A stretch of 57,161 bases of DNA, counting the filler, from Sphacelaria rigidula (lineage: Eukaryota), in assembly GCA_964200075.2 (NCBI GenBank). It is 4 parts of 4 records of this genome, joined end to end, with 100 filler letters (N's around TTAATTAATTAA, not from the genome) between each part and the next. Parts side by side here need not be neighbours in the genome. Positions count along the whole stretch, not along the records: positions 1 to 14,216 come from CAXNAA020002376.1; 3 more parts are not named here. One strand, 5' to 3'. The number at the start of each line of letters is the position of its first letter. The stretch's first letter is position 1. The notes beneath the pieces were generated by a model. It had not been told where the DNA came from. It was given only the letters and a program-made list of their open reading frames with translations, and ran no database searches. This document shows, piece by piece, positions 1-11,844 of the stretch. Made by a program: the position numbers and the translations under genes.

Positions 1-256
1 GAGTGATGCTACGGTAGGGGTACACATATATTTTCTGAGGTTAGAATTGTTAGGAGCCCTTTATCTCATCCAAAACAATACTTATGAAATATGCGAGAGT
101 ACGCCAGGATTACTATTCCAATGCGCTGGGGATATCCCGAGTGAATCTGCAAATAGGGATACCCTAACCCATATTCTCGTGCGTCTACCATCGTTAGGAG
201 CCCCTGAACCAGACAAAAAATCGCGAAAAAAGTGCACCCCTACCGTAGCACTGCTC
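1..256. mobile_element. TIR element end or MITE with GAG...CTC termini, copy 1
   Basis: Inverted repeats tgctacggtaggggtacac (7-25) and gtgcacccctaccgtagca (232-250). The whole stretch is clearly homologous to 42075-42336. Confidence 0.75.
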
Positions 257-454
257 CAATATTGTGGTAGATATGCACCGATTTGGTTCTTGCGGCATAG
301 AGGGCGTCACCCATGGTCGTAAGCTTTCATGAAGCATCTTCAGATTGGCGATTATGCGAGCCCCACGATTAGTTTGGACAAGCAGGGGCAGGGATTGCAT
401 GTGAAAGATGGTGCTGCGCGGGCCATTAATCACAGTACCCCAAGCTCAACGTGG

Positions 455-800
455 GAAAGTTCGTGATTTCTTCGTAATTGGCGATTTTCTTAGGTTCTTT
501 CGCTTGCCACCGCTCATCACATCGATGATCTAAAGAAACTAGTATTCTATCCACATTCCAAGGAAAAAAACAATCTGTACACAATATTTAGTGACTTACG
601 GGCTGCCCGGTCATCGGGGGTCCTGCCACCTTTCAACCCAGATTCTGAGTCTTCGGTATTTTCGGTCGATTGAGTCTGTCCTCATCGTATTTATGAAGAA
701 ATGAAAATGCTTGTTTTTTTTCTGAATTCTACCTACTTATTCACCAGAGCCGAATAACTGTTTCACGGTCAATAACACCCTCCGGATAAAACGGGGTATC
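455..800. repeat. Dispersed repeat; inverted homologue of the MITE interior at ~55200-55540
   Basis: For example gtcatcgggggtcctg (610-625) vs caggacccccgatgac (~55372-55387), and tttcacggtcaataacaccctcc vs ggagggtgttattgatcgtgaaa. Confidence 0.75.
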
Positions 801-1878
801 AACTTGTATCGCCCGATTAGATCGACCAGCACTCACTTGGGGGCTGGGGGGGGAAGATGATCTCTTTATTTTACCCAAATCTATCGACGTTAGCGAATTA
901 AAGTTCTATCGAAGAGTACAGTATACGCGGCGAGAAAAATCTTAACTTGGGCCGTGCCCTTTTCGAGCTGTGGGTATGACAATCTATCGTACATATTCTC
1001 ATGTCTGTGAGAGTACGAGTACAGGACTGGACAGCTGGTTCATACGCATCATGTTGTAGTGCAGTACAGACATCAGGCTACGATGCAGACGAAGTCGTGC
1101 TTGTGCTGTGCTGTATAATCAAGTGGTATAGCGGCATCTGTAAACGAAGGGCATGGCGCTCTCCCCACACTAGGACTGCGAGATGGCTGCATGTGAGGAC
1201 GTCGCGATATGTTGGAATCGGGATTACCTGCAGTTGCAGTACGAGGTTTGAGCCTGATCTCACCATGGCTGCTTGCTGGTGTCTTGGTAGGAACATATAC
1301 ATCTCTCGGTATTCCTTGATGGCAACGGCAAGTACTCAGCCTCCACGAACATTGATGCCAATCAGAACGATGGTCCGAATGGCACACGTGAGGTTGGCGG
1401 GGAGCAGAGGTGGAGCAAATAATGATAAAATAACAGGTAAGTCAAGGTAGGTGATGGATCACAGCGAGAACGGAAAAATATCGCTTTTTCTCACTGTTTA
1501 TTTCGGTTGTGTCGTTTCAGACCCGCGTCGATACGACCGGCGAGCACAACGTAGAACAAGAGCCTTTCTATTTGCCGAGCCAAGAATGAAATCATCAAGA
1601 TGGGATACAATGACTTATACACTACTCAAGAATCAAAATGCTGCAATATTCCCTACTATTGTGTACAGTGCATGGCTGCAATCATAGAGGAAATAGATAA
1701 TGGCCATAGCTTAAGAACTTGAAATTAGGAAATGACTATAGTGATAACCACTGTCCACCCACAACCTCTCGAGCACAACTCGTATCTTGTCCTAATAAGT
1801 ATTACGCGTATCTTCGCTCTGTGTACAGGGCACAGTATATACTTGCCACTGTCCCCGCAATTTTCATGGGTCATCACG

Positions 1879-4800
1879 ATGCACAGGATTCAACGACAAT
1901 GGCATTACTTTGCGCCATGGGTCCTGCTTGTGCTACCACCGCTCATCACAGGACAGTCACAACAGGAGCCCTGGCTCGCCGAGAGGATGCTAGAGTTCTC
2001 CATCACCAACACTGCAACACAGCGTAGGTCCTGACATTTTGCAATTCGTTCGTCGACATGTTGGATAGATGGAAGCCCGTGGCCGTGCATTGTGATGAGT
2101 GGGATTTCATGACATCAAGGACCAAGGGTTTAGCTTTCACATGAAATATGAGAGCTGTTTTTGTTGGATTATTATTACTGTACTGTGTCTGAGAGGTCTG
2201 ATCGTGACGTTATTTGCGCCGTTTTGTGTACAGTCCCAAGTTCTTCATGTTATCGCTCCAGTCAGGACTTCGAAGTATAATGGTCACAGTGCAGGCACTG
2301 AACTAAAGGTTTAACCCCCATACCCCAACGACGTGACCATCTGTTATGCATCCGCATAATTTTTCCGCTGTAAAGTGCACACGCGGTCATTTGGCTCCCC
2401 CCCAAATTCCTCCAGGTCAGTCAACTTTTCGAGCCTCCAGAGGAATTAAACGCCTCCGGAGGGGTGCGCGGCCCTCCAGAGGAGATTTGGTTCTTCCGCC
2501 AGAGGGATTAAACGCCTCCAGAGGCTTGTCTTCGCCTCTGGAGGGCCGCGCATCTCTCCGAAGGCATTTTTCTACCCCCAAAGTCCTCCGGAGGGGTGCG
2601 CGACCCTCCAAGTCGGTAGTGTTTCGTTTCCTTCAGAGGGATTGAAGGCCTCCGGAGTCTTGTTTGCCTCTCGAGGGCTGCGCATCCCTCCGGAGGCATT
2701 TCGGGGGGTAGCCAAATGGCCGCGTGTGTGGCCGTCAGTTTGCGGCTGCCCGTCTAAGACAGCTCAAAGGGTTCAACTACTTTTCCGATGCATCTACGTA
2801 CCGCGCGCGCGGGGGGGGGGGGGGGAATTGCGACAGATACGCGACTCAGCTAAGCTTGTATTCACCGCCGAATATTTGGTCCAATGCTCTTCGCTATTCC
2901 CAACGCAGAAGAGGTCAACGTTCGATTCGACGGGCTCTTGGTAACTCCAACACAGTTGGCGGATCGTATGCACACTATGCCAACGGCGATACCAGCGCTT
3001 ATGGGCAACATTCCTCCGAGAGATTGTGCAAACAACACCTGGCAAGATCGAGAGGCAGAAGATGTCCGCGAAGCACTTCTCAGAGCCGCGGAGGTCAAGT
3101 TGGCTAGGGCTGCGGATCCAGTGTACGATGATATAGAGGCAGAGATGACCCTTACCGCTGGCCGGGGTGAGAGCGAGACGAACGATACACAGAATGTTTG
3201 TAGAATTTCGCTATTTTTCGTTCGACTCAACATGATGCTGCTTCACCCCAGCAAAGCGGGACGTGCGTGTCGCTTGGGGACGAGAAGACTAGATAAGAAC
3301 GAAGGTTTCTCGTGTACGCGTGCTTTGGCTGGACCCGTAGTCGGACTACATAAATGTTGTAGGTTTTACGTGAAACATCTACCGAAACGGTGAGGTCGAG
3401 GCTGCAGCGATTGGATCTCAGTGGTTGTGAGAAACCCGTCCTGCGATGTGCAATAAAATCATGACAGTCCGTATGCGAGTGTTTTCACGGTCAAGATGCC
3501 ATGGCCAATGATGCATGCACCAGAGCAAGTCCCGTCTCTTTGCCACTTCCCCACCACTTTAGGCGTTGAAGGAGACTGGCTAGAGAATGCTGACTCGACC
3601 TGCGTGACACTAATAATGCAGCGGCGGTGGGAGATTATGCAGATTTATCGCAATGGAACGCTCGACCACAGCGCCAAAGTATGTTCAAGACAAGTCACGG
3701 GCGGCGGAAGCGCAACGACGGGGTGCGTAGCATGCTTACCTGGATGTGTGCAAAAATCTCTTCAACTCTTTTGAGGGTGTTCTTCGCGCAAACTATTGAA
3801 TGCCCACCGTGAGCAATCATGGACATGGACAGATCGACCGGCCAGGTAGAAACATGTACCGCCGGTGCCAAGGATAGAGGCCCTCACATCTCGTGTTGCG
3901 CGCTCAATTGTGAGGGTCGATAAACTCTTTTTCAATCGTGATATCTAGTGATGTCGAACTCATGAGCGATAGGACATACTGTGCAATACACACGTGTATA
4001 TGACGTTGTCGTTTGACCTTGCGTTGTCGCGCTTGTAGGTAACCTTCCATCAAGAACGCACCTGCATCAGAGTATATGTGCATTTCAACCGCTGGTTTTG
4101 CTTGAGCCCAAGTTACGCGGAACGCGACAAGTATGGTGGATATGGGTAGTGGTCAGAAAAACATATGCCTTGTGATTTTTTGCCAACAGTCAGGGATACA
4201 TATACTGTAACGATTAGTAAGGCTTCCAGCGAAAACCACTTTTGTGGGTTGTGTGTCGCCTTTGTAAATCGACAGCTCCTCACCAACTTGGTAGCGCCAA
4301 CTTGGTAGCGCTGGTGACGTTGGAGTTCCTTCTCTTCGATATCTCTGTGTATTGATACTCACGGCTACGCATGTTCCCACCCATTGGTGGCACCTATTAG
4401 TCACGTTGTAGGGTAGTGTATGTTGCGTTCGAATTCATGATGTTTGAGGTCGGTTGGTGAGATACACTTCAAGAGGTTTTGTCTACGAAGATGAAGAATT
4501 CACGCGTATGTACCTGCATATGATTCAAGATTTCTGTCAGATTTGACGATGTGTTCATCGCGAAAGCTTCCATTTTTATGCTGATGATCATTTGTGCTGA
4601 ACGGATTGGTCATTCGACGGTGAAAATGAAGAGGTGCCAGTGGTAAAGAAAAGGTACCAACGTACTCAGGAAGAAGGTAACGCCCAAGAAACGCACATAC
4701 GAAAGATTTTACCTTACTGCGGTGGGACACTGTGGCTATAGAACACCCCTTAGCTGGATCACCCGCAGCATCGCAGCTGTGCTGAGCACCACTCTTCTTG

Positions 4801-7800
4801 CACTACATGTGCGAAGAGGGTTCCCCGCAGAAACAATGTAGAGCGAGGCAAAATCTATCCATTTTCGCACCGTAGAAAACAGAGCGTTAGCCGTATTACC
4901 CTATGGTGACTACAGCCTATCAGGTGCACCTCGTTCTCGTGACTGTCCTTTGGGTATTGTTCCCATGCTTGGCCAACGTAATGTCGGCATGTAGGTGGTG
5001 TGAACAGAGCCCGGCGGCGCGGGTTGCAGCGAAACTGAGCTTAACCGAAACGCGGTTATCGGACTCGATGTCGTGTGTCCTGGCCTGCAGAGCATTCTTC
5101 GACATGGCCGAAATGGAGTACGGCCAGGCAAGTGCAGTCTACGGGGTTTAATTTCCACAACTACGACGTCATAATCTGCGGTGGTCTGGCGCATTTGAAA
5201 CGCTGGATACGTACACGTAAAGCATGGCTAATACCTTTTTCAGTATATGGTGGTCCTCGCTTGATACAGCATCTTGATTCCTACTCACGGGCGGGTATAT
5301 TCGCTCAGGCCGCTTGCCTGCGCGCTGTGAGACTGGGGGACATATCAAGCGAACATGCTATAGAGGTCGACATGCGATTGGCATATATGGCGCAGCTACA
5401 TGGACGGGCGTCTAGCGCTGTGAGATTGTACTATGGCATAATGGGAAATCTTGGGACCAGCAACGGGGGCCGGTGAGACAAGGCAACACAAGGATTCATG
5501 GGTGTCGTTCACGAAATTGACGCTGCTGAGTAGCCATACGTCTCTCACGTGTACAATATTTCCGTCCTCCACCGTCATCCACCACCTCCGTCCCCGAGCC
5601 GCGATCGATAGCCAAATTACATGTCCACGACGACGTTGTTCAGTCGCAGGTGTCTGCAACCATAACAACAGTTTGAGCGCTTCGGTCGTATCACCTCACA
5701 TGAGGAGAGACTTGCTGTCGTATATCCTCTTGACGCAGTGTACGATCCTCGCGACTTGTAGGCTCGCCATGTCAATCCTCGGATTGACCATGGTGCCACC
5801 AGAGCTCATCGGGTCGCCGCAAGCTGTCACCAGGTTTCGGAAGGACTGGGTGGTCGGGCTGCAAACCCTTGAGAAGAGCCTGGCTACGAGTCAGGAGAAG
5901 GTGGGGTTCCATTCTGCATACCAACCGGCACACTACGGGTACCTGGCGGGTCAACTGAAAACAAACGCCCCTGGTTTCTCGTCGTGCTTAGGGTCTTGAT
6001 ATCACGGTTGTGGTCAATACAGCAGGACTCACCGCCTCACACACGACACATTGCGCCAGGCTTCTTCTCGCGGCACTCACTATAGCCAACTCACTCGATC
6101 TAGTTAAAATGCCGACCGAGTAAACGTGCTCGTGCTGCAGCTCAAAAGCTGTTTTTGCATCGCAGGTTGGGTCTTGGCACACTCGGTAAATACATGAACA
6201 GATGAAGCAGCGGGCCAATTCGGCGCAGAACACCTACCACAGTACGTGTAGCTCCCTCGACTTGACCAATGTCTTCCCTTTGTTGTGCAGATGCCCCTCT
6301 GAGCCATAATCATATTCATGACGACTTTCGCATTCAGGCATGGTTACGGGACCCGCGTGCCGAAATTGGCAGCACACCCTTTCATTTAGCTCACCAGGGG
6401 GGTCCGGACCTTCAACTTATGGGCTCCTTGGCTGGCGTATATAACGCAGCCGCCCCGTCGCTACGCGTCACGGCACCACACTGCGACAAAGAAAAACACC
6501 GGGTGGGGAAAGCAGCGTCTCATCTTGAGCAAAGGCAGCACCGAATAGGTCAGGTCGCGATCAGCAGATGTGGGTATAGGTGAATAGGAGCATGGGCCGG
6601 GAATCCACCCGCTTCCGCACGAAAGACGCTCAGCCCGGCCTGTGTACTGTATTTTGTAGTGTATGTCACGTGTTCGTCGTTTTAGGACCACTAACTTTGT
6701 TGGCAAAGACCAAGTCTGTGATAACGCCCCTCCACGTACTATCCTGCGCTGCTTGGCTGAGCTCTACCGCGCTCGTCGACGCGCTACAGCGTCGTACGTT
6801 GTGTTCTGCGCATCCTGACTGCCGTGTCGGTCAAACGGCCAACTTTCGGCAGTACCAATACCCTTTTCAGGTTTGCTCGCCGTATCACAAGCTTCAAACT
6901 CTACGAACAAGTCCGATTCGTTCCCTCTTGCTGCCCTTGTTGCTGTCTCGTTCCGATTTGTAGGCTTCTTCTCCTTGTATCTGAGAGATCACTCAATCGG
7001 CCGCATGATGGTGCTGCTGATAAGTTATTTGTCGGAGGATCCCGACTTGGAAGTCCACGTCTTTTTGCCGAGCAACGGGGAGTCGATTGGAGAAGATGAC
7101 GTAATCGTGAATGCTCTGCGGGGAACGGTGCAGCATTGGCATCAGGTGAAATGCGTGAATCACAAAAGGAAAAGTGACCATAGAGTCTAGGACACCGAAG
7201 ACACGCAAAAATAGACGAGAAACCGGACCGGATACTCTGAGAGCACCCCAGACGACATTGTGATGGTGCCGAACCCGCTTGGTTACTCAAAAGCTCGAAG
7301 CGATTTCACGTATGCTGTGCGTCCCGAAAGCTCACATAAATGACGATATTTGTACAGAAATTGCTGCGACTTTGCGACGTCAAATGCGCGGGAAACCCTC
7401 TTGTTATCGCGGATGCGTGCCGACCCTACCGCCGTTGCCGATAATCACGTTACGAGCAGACTACTCAAGACCTGGACGAGGCGCGCAGGGCAGTTTCGCA
7501 GCAAAAGTTAGACGTGTTAGTATACCCCGACATCGGCATGGACTCCTTGACGTATTTCATGGCGTTCGCTAGGCTAGCTCCCGTGCAGGTGGGGCATCTT
7601 GCTGTTCAGTCAACTTTCGCGTTGCTCACGAAGAGACTCGATCGCACACGGATAGCAGATGGACTGCCTGTGTCTACGAGTAACGTTAACTGTGCTTTCA
7701 CGGTACAAGACGGTCGTGAGCAGTACTCGCTTTTTCGTTGCCGTCGGTCAACATTCTTATGTACCATTCGATCGTGTCGAAAATGTCCTACAGTGCGTGT

Positions 7801-10605
7801 GGTGGGGTCACCCAGTGACCGCCGGCACGGGAGCGATCGACTACTTTCTGTCTTTGGACGCTGAGCTCGATGAAGGCCAAGCCGACTACCTTGAACAAAT
7901 GATCCGGATGGATTTAATAAACACGGCGCCCTTCAGGCAGGTAAGCTGAAGAATAATCCTCTCATGCTGTTGCGCATGTTCGCTAGGTTTACTAAAACCT
8001 ATTAGTGCTGCTGATATAACGACACAGCAGAACTTATTCGGTATGGGGTTTCGCGATCACCCTGCTTTCCCGTTAAAGCACCCGCTTGCACGCGTATAAT
8101 AGTGCGCAAGACTCACCTTCCTCGTTACGCGCAGCACTCACGTTCCTGGTCACACAAACGGCGTCGAAACTGTGTGTGTGCATTGTGTTGACGTCGGCCG
8201 TACCTTCCACTTGTTCTGAATGTTCCTGGTAGTGTGGCAACACTCCCGCTGCCGCTGCCGTCACTAGCGCCGAATCCCTGGCCAAGGCGGAGGCAACTAG
8301 CAGGGCAATAGGATAAAGAAGACTGTTTATAGCCATAAATGAACAGTAACAACGGCACCTGGACAAGAAAAAGCAGCGTCCTACATCGACAGATCTCATC
8401 GAGGAATCTAGAAAAAATTCCCCGCTATGGATGCCGAACTCGGTACTGGGTGGCGAAGCAGAGCGCACATCCATCGCCGACGCTTCTGACAAAACTTGGA
8501 GTTGTTTGTGCGGATGGCATTGCTCGACGACGTGGGCTAACATTAGTTCTACCGACTCGTCATATGAACAACATGAATAAGTAAGGGTACTTTTTTCCGC
8601 CGGGGCATTGCAAGTACGTCCATCCCAGGACCATGTTCGACGTCGCGTCAGGGTATCCATGAATGTCTTGCGCCATCGCATCTTTGTACGGACGGGCAGG
8701 TAAAGCCACGGATGACGGAGTCGCCGCAGTCCCCACAATGCGACGGCACGGCTCCTTTAGTCGCCGCGGAAATGCATGCCGCGACGGAAACCCCACGGCC
8801 AATCTTACACCCCCACACAACGGCGAATCCCGACGGGCGAGAACACGACAGCGCCACCGCCACCGTCACCCCTACGACGCCAGGCTGTGCTGACCCCTCA
8901 GCACTCTTGTGCCGTCAGACTTATCTTGTCTTCGGACGACTTTTTAAATTGCACTATGCCTTCGACACCGCCGTTGAAGGTATTCTCGCGAAAGACTCCG
9001 AGGGGTGCGTCGTGTTGATACACGAGACACGGGATGAGGCGTGGACCAGAGCGGTGTGGGAGCGCCTGACCAGGAAATTGAGCCCAACAGGTGAGCGAAG
9101 GACAGCTGAGTTTTATGTGCAATAAATGAAGACCCACGGAGCGTCGTCGGGGCGAATGATTTTTTTTATTGTTGCTTTAGTACACCTGTGGTGCGTGAGG
9201 GTTTCTGCGCTCTACAGGGATATTCTTATTTTAATTTGAGGAGCCTCTTGGTCCCGTGTTTGTTATGAGCGATCCCGCATATCACATGCCGAAGTACTCG
9301 CAATAATTGACAGTCTGCCTCGAGTAGGTTTATCTCGAGCAATTTCTTCCCAAGTATCGAACCTGACTGTAGAGACCCGTTGCTTCCACTAATCGCTCAC
9401 TCGTGCCATTCATACTTCCCCATATTTGCGTTCTCATCAGGATTGAGCGGGCGTCTTCGAATTATCCACCACCGGGATTATGTAGAGGCCCTTCGGCGAG
9501 CCACTGCTGTGCTAGATACATTTCCGTATGGCGGATGCCTCACTGTCCTCGAGGTATCTTGGCATCCGTAGGGGTCATCGTAACTGAACGTTCGTTAGTG
9601 CGTGCGCGGCGACTCCACCGTACATTACCTTGGTTGATGCAGCACGTATCTTTTCCCCCATTGATACACCGTACGACATGCTCTACACGCCTCGCCTCAA
9701 GACACCAATAAGGGGCAATATGTTCAACGCAACCGTTGAGGTGTTCTCGAACCAGAACCAGGTCACCTGCGATCTACGCTGACGGCAATCGTCAGCTTGG
9801 TAAACCCCCCGTTGGGCGCACGACTCGTATTTTGCGCCCACCGCGGCGCTGCGTGTCAAAGCATATTCTCTTCGGCATGCCACACGATCACGTTACCACC
9901 GTTGTCCGCGATTGCCATGTCCCCTCATGTCTGGTGGGCGGCGTACTCGTGCTCTTCCTTACCGTGAGCTCGATCCTCCTTGCCGACGCCTACTGATGCC
10001 GCCGCGTGGCCAGGCATTGTCGCATGGGGTGCCGGTTGTGACTCTGCCAGCCGACCTCATCCGAGGGCGGTTTGCCCTTGCTATCTACAAGCAAATGGGA
10101 TACTCTGGTCTGGTGGCAGATGACCTAGAGGTGCGCATGTATGCAATTTTTCACACGATTCATGACGTAGGACAGTACTAGTACTAGACTTGTGGCTACG
10201 TGCTTTGGCGATGACCAGGTTCGCCTTTCCTAGCGTTGTTGCGGCGTTTGTGTGAGACTGAAAATGTGTACAAGGATCGAGGATAGGCGAGCAAGCTGAT
10301 ATTCCCTGGACGTGAGATTCTTTGATTCCGAGAACAATCCGTCGCGTCCGTGTATGGTGCTGTACATCCGGAGCAACAGTACTGCTTATCCAGGATGTAT
10401 GACACCGCTCCAACTTCACAATTTTTTTCCGCACCACCAGGAATATGTGGATCTAGCGGTAAGGCTCGGGATGGATAAAGCATTTCGAGAGCGCGCGCGA
10501 GCGGAAATTGAGTCGGGCTATTTCCTGTCCCTGCACCGTCACATCGAGAGTGCTGCCGAGTGGGGGCAATTTTTCCGACGCGCTCTGCGAGCCGCACGGT
10601 ATTGA
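1879..10605 (+). CDS. Multi-exon GT41-family glycosyltransferase (O-GlcNAc/O-fucose transferase, SPINDLY/COG3914-like) with putative N-terminal signal peptide and TPR-like helical region
   Basis: Hand-spliced exons with mostly matching phases: 1879-2023, 2909-3166, 3563-3678, 4039-4130, (4742-~4847, uncertain), 5091-5127 (GC donor), 5309-5472, 5762-5900, 6291-6548, 6964-7145, 7460-7588, 7794-7940, (8652 or 8919)-9090, 9441-9553, 10014-10130, 10441-10605 (TGA). Spliced motifs RIGFFSLYLRDHSIG, LDVLVYPDIGMD..ARLAPVQ, WWGHPVTAG..IDYFLS, GRLFKLH, LDTFPYGGCLTVLEALSHGVPVVTLP and EYVDLAVRL match the GT41 catalytic lobes. The 5900-6291 junction (phase mismatch) and 7940-8919 junction are unresolved, so the N-terminal exons are less certain than the catalytic ones. 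Confidence 0.88.
2378..2728. mobile_element. CACTA/CMC-like MITE in intron 1 of the GT41 gene
   Basis: TIRs cacacgcggtcatttggctccccc / gggggtagccaaatggccgcgtgtg, a 2-bp TG duplication on both flanks, and many internal cctccggagg/cctccagagg subrepeats in both orientations. Confidence 0.75.
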
Positions 10606-10712
10606 GTTACGTTTGTAAGAAAGCCAGCGTGGTGATGTGGAAGATGACATATGATGAGAGATAGATCCTGCCTACATGGAACCAGAGAGTCCTCTCCCAG
10701 GCGTGGAGTGAG

Positions 10713-10714
<2 letters not shown>

Positions 10715-10750
<36 letters not shown>
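10715..10750. repeat. (TG)n microsatellite just downstream of the GT41 stop codon
   Basis: Seen directly. Confidence 0.95.
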
Positions 10751-10755
<5 letters not shown>

Positions 10756-10840
10756 CGGGAAAAACTAACGAACGGCGAAGAAAGTGAGGAGGTTGCAGAT
10801 GGAAACTGCTCGATGCATGTATCACCATGTAAGTTCCATT

Positions 10841-11244
10841 TAGGGAATTGATATCATCTGGGGCATCAGTCTAGGATTTGCCTTGGATATCATTCGAGAT
10901 TGAGGACACCGGGGATGTGGACGTCCACTTGGAACATCCATCTGGCACGGCAGGTTCCTCTGTAACATCCCACTTGCTGTTGTTGGTTGACACCAGTACG
11001 CTATGTTGAGCGAATTCTCCACAATGCGGCTTGATTCGCACTACAGATATCCAACATTAACCCATTCCCAACCGCAATTCCATCCCCCTGACCCAAACCC
11101 TTCTGAGCGTGACCATAAACTTGGGTCAGCGTGATCTCGTGGAGGGCCGCCGTAGATGTATAGGCCAAGACAGACGTCCCAGATGGATGTCCGTGACGGA
11201 CGTGGACATTACGTCATTAAATATCCCAGGCGAACTAATCCCTA
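10841..11244. mobile_element. Degenerate MITE-like element with TAGGG termini
   Basis: Imperfect inverted ends tagggaatt.../...aatcccta and an internal inverted pair acatccatctgg / ccagatggatgt. No TSD visible. Confidence 0.35.
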
Positions 11245-11488
11245 AATTATGACTATTAATAACATGATTATTCCCGGATATTAGCCTGATATCTCGAACC
11301 CGTGGCCACAGACGTAGGCTCGCCCTTTTCCAGTACCGTCGCTACTATTTCTTGCATGTTACAGAAGTTTTTGTTGAGCGGCTTTCCTGAGACTTCAGAA
11401 CAGAACAAAATCAAGCACTAAGAGCGACACGTCAAAAAGACGAAAGGGAACCTCCCCCCGAGCTGGTTGAAGGTGTGGTATGTTATGA

Positions 11489-11739
11489 GACACTTTTTAC
11501 AATAGCCCTCCCCCCAAAAGTGCCTGGTTTGGGGAGGAAAAATCTTCACGTACATCGAAATGGGAAAAGCCGAGCACAACGAACAGCTGGGGATTCCCAC
11601 TCTTGGGTTAGTTCTCGCCAATGTCGCCCATATGAGGCGCTTCATGCAGCCTGAACCCGAACATCAACGCTGTATGGCCATGTTTTTCTTGGCGATTTTT
11701 GACTAGTTTCGGGGGGGGGAGGCTATCGTAGAAAGTGTC
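11489..11739. mobile_element. MITE-like inverted repeat
   Basis: gacactttttacaatagccctcccccc pairs with ggggggggaggctatcgtagaaagtgtc. Confidence 0.5.
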
Positions 11740-11844
11740 ATGGGTGTGTTGTACACCCGCGAGTGGCAGCACTAGGCTGCGACGCTGGCAGATGATGAGC
11801 TACCGAGCTACCCGTGGCTTAACTGTGCAAGGAGAAAATACTGG

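Noticed and set aside
1001..1450. Overlapping ORFs upstream of the GT41 gene
   Set aside because: No recognisable domain or convincing exon chain.
8073..8738. 221-aa minus-strand ORF
   Set aside because: It is antisense to the GT41 gene with no domain signal, so likely a shadow ORF.
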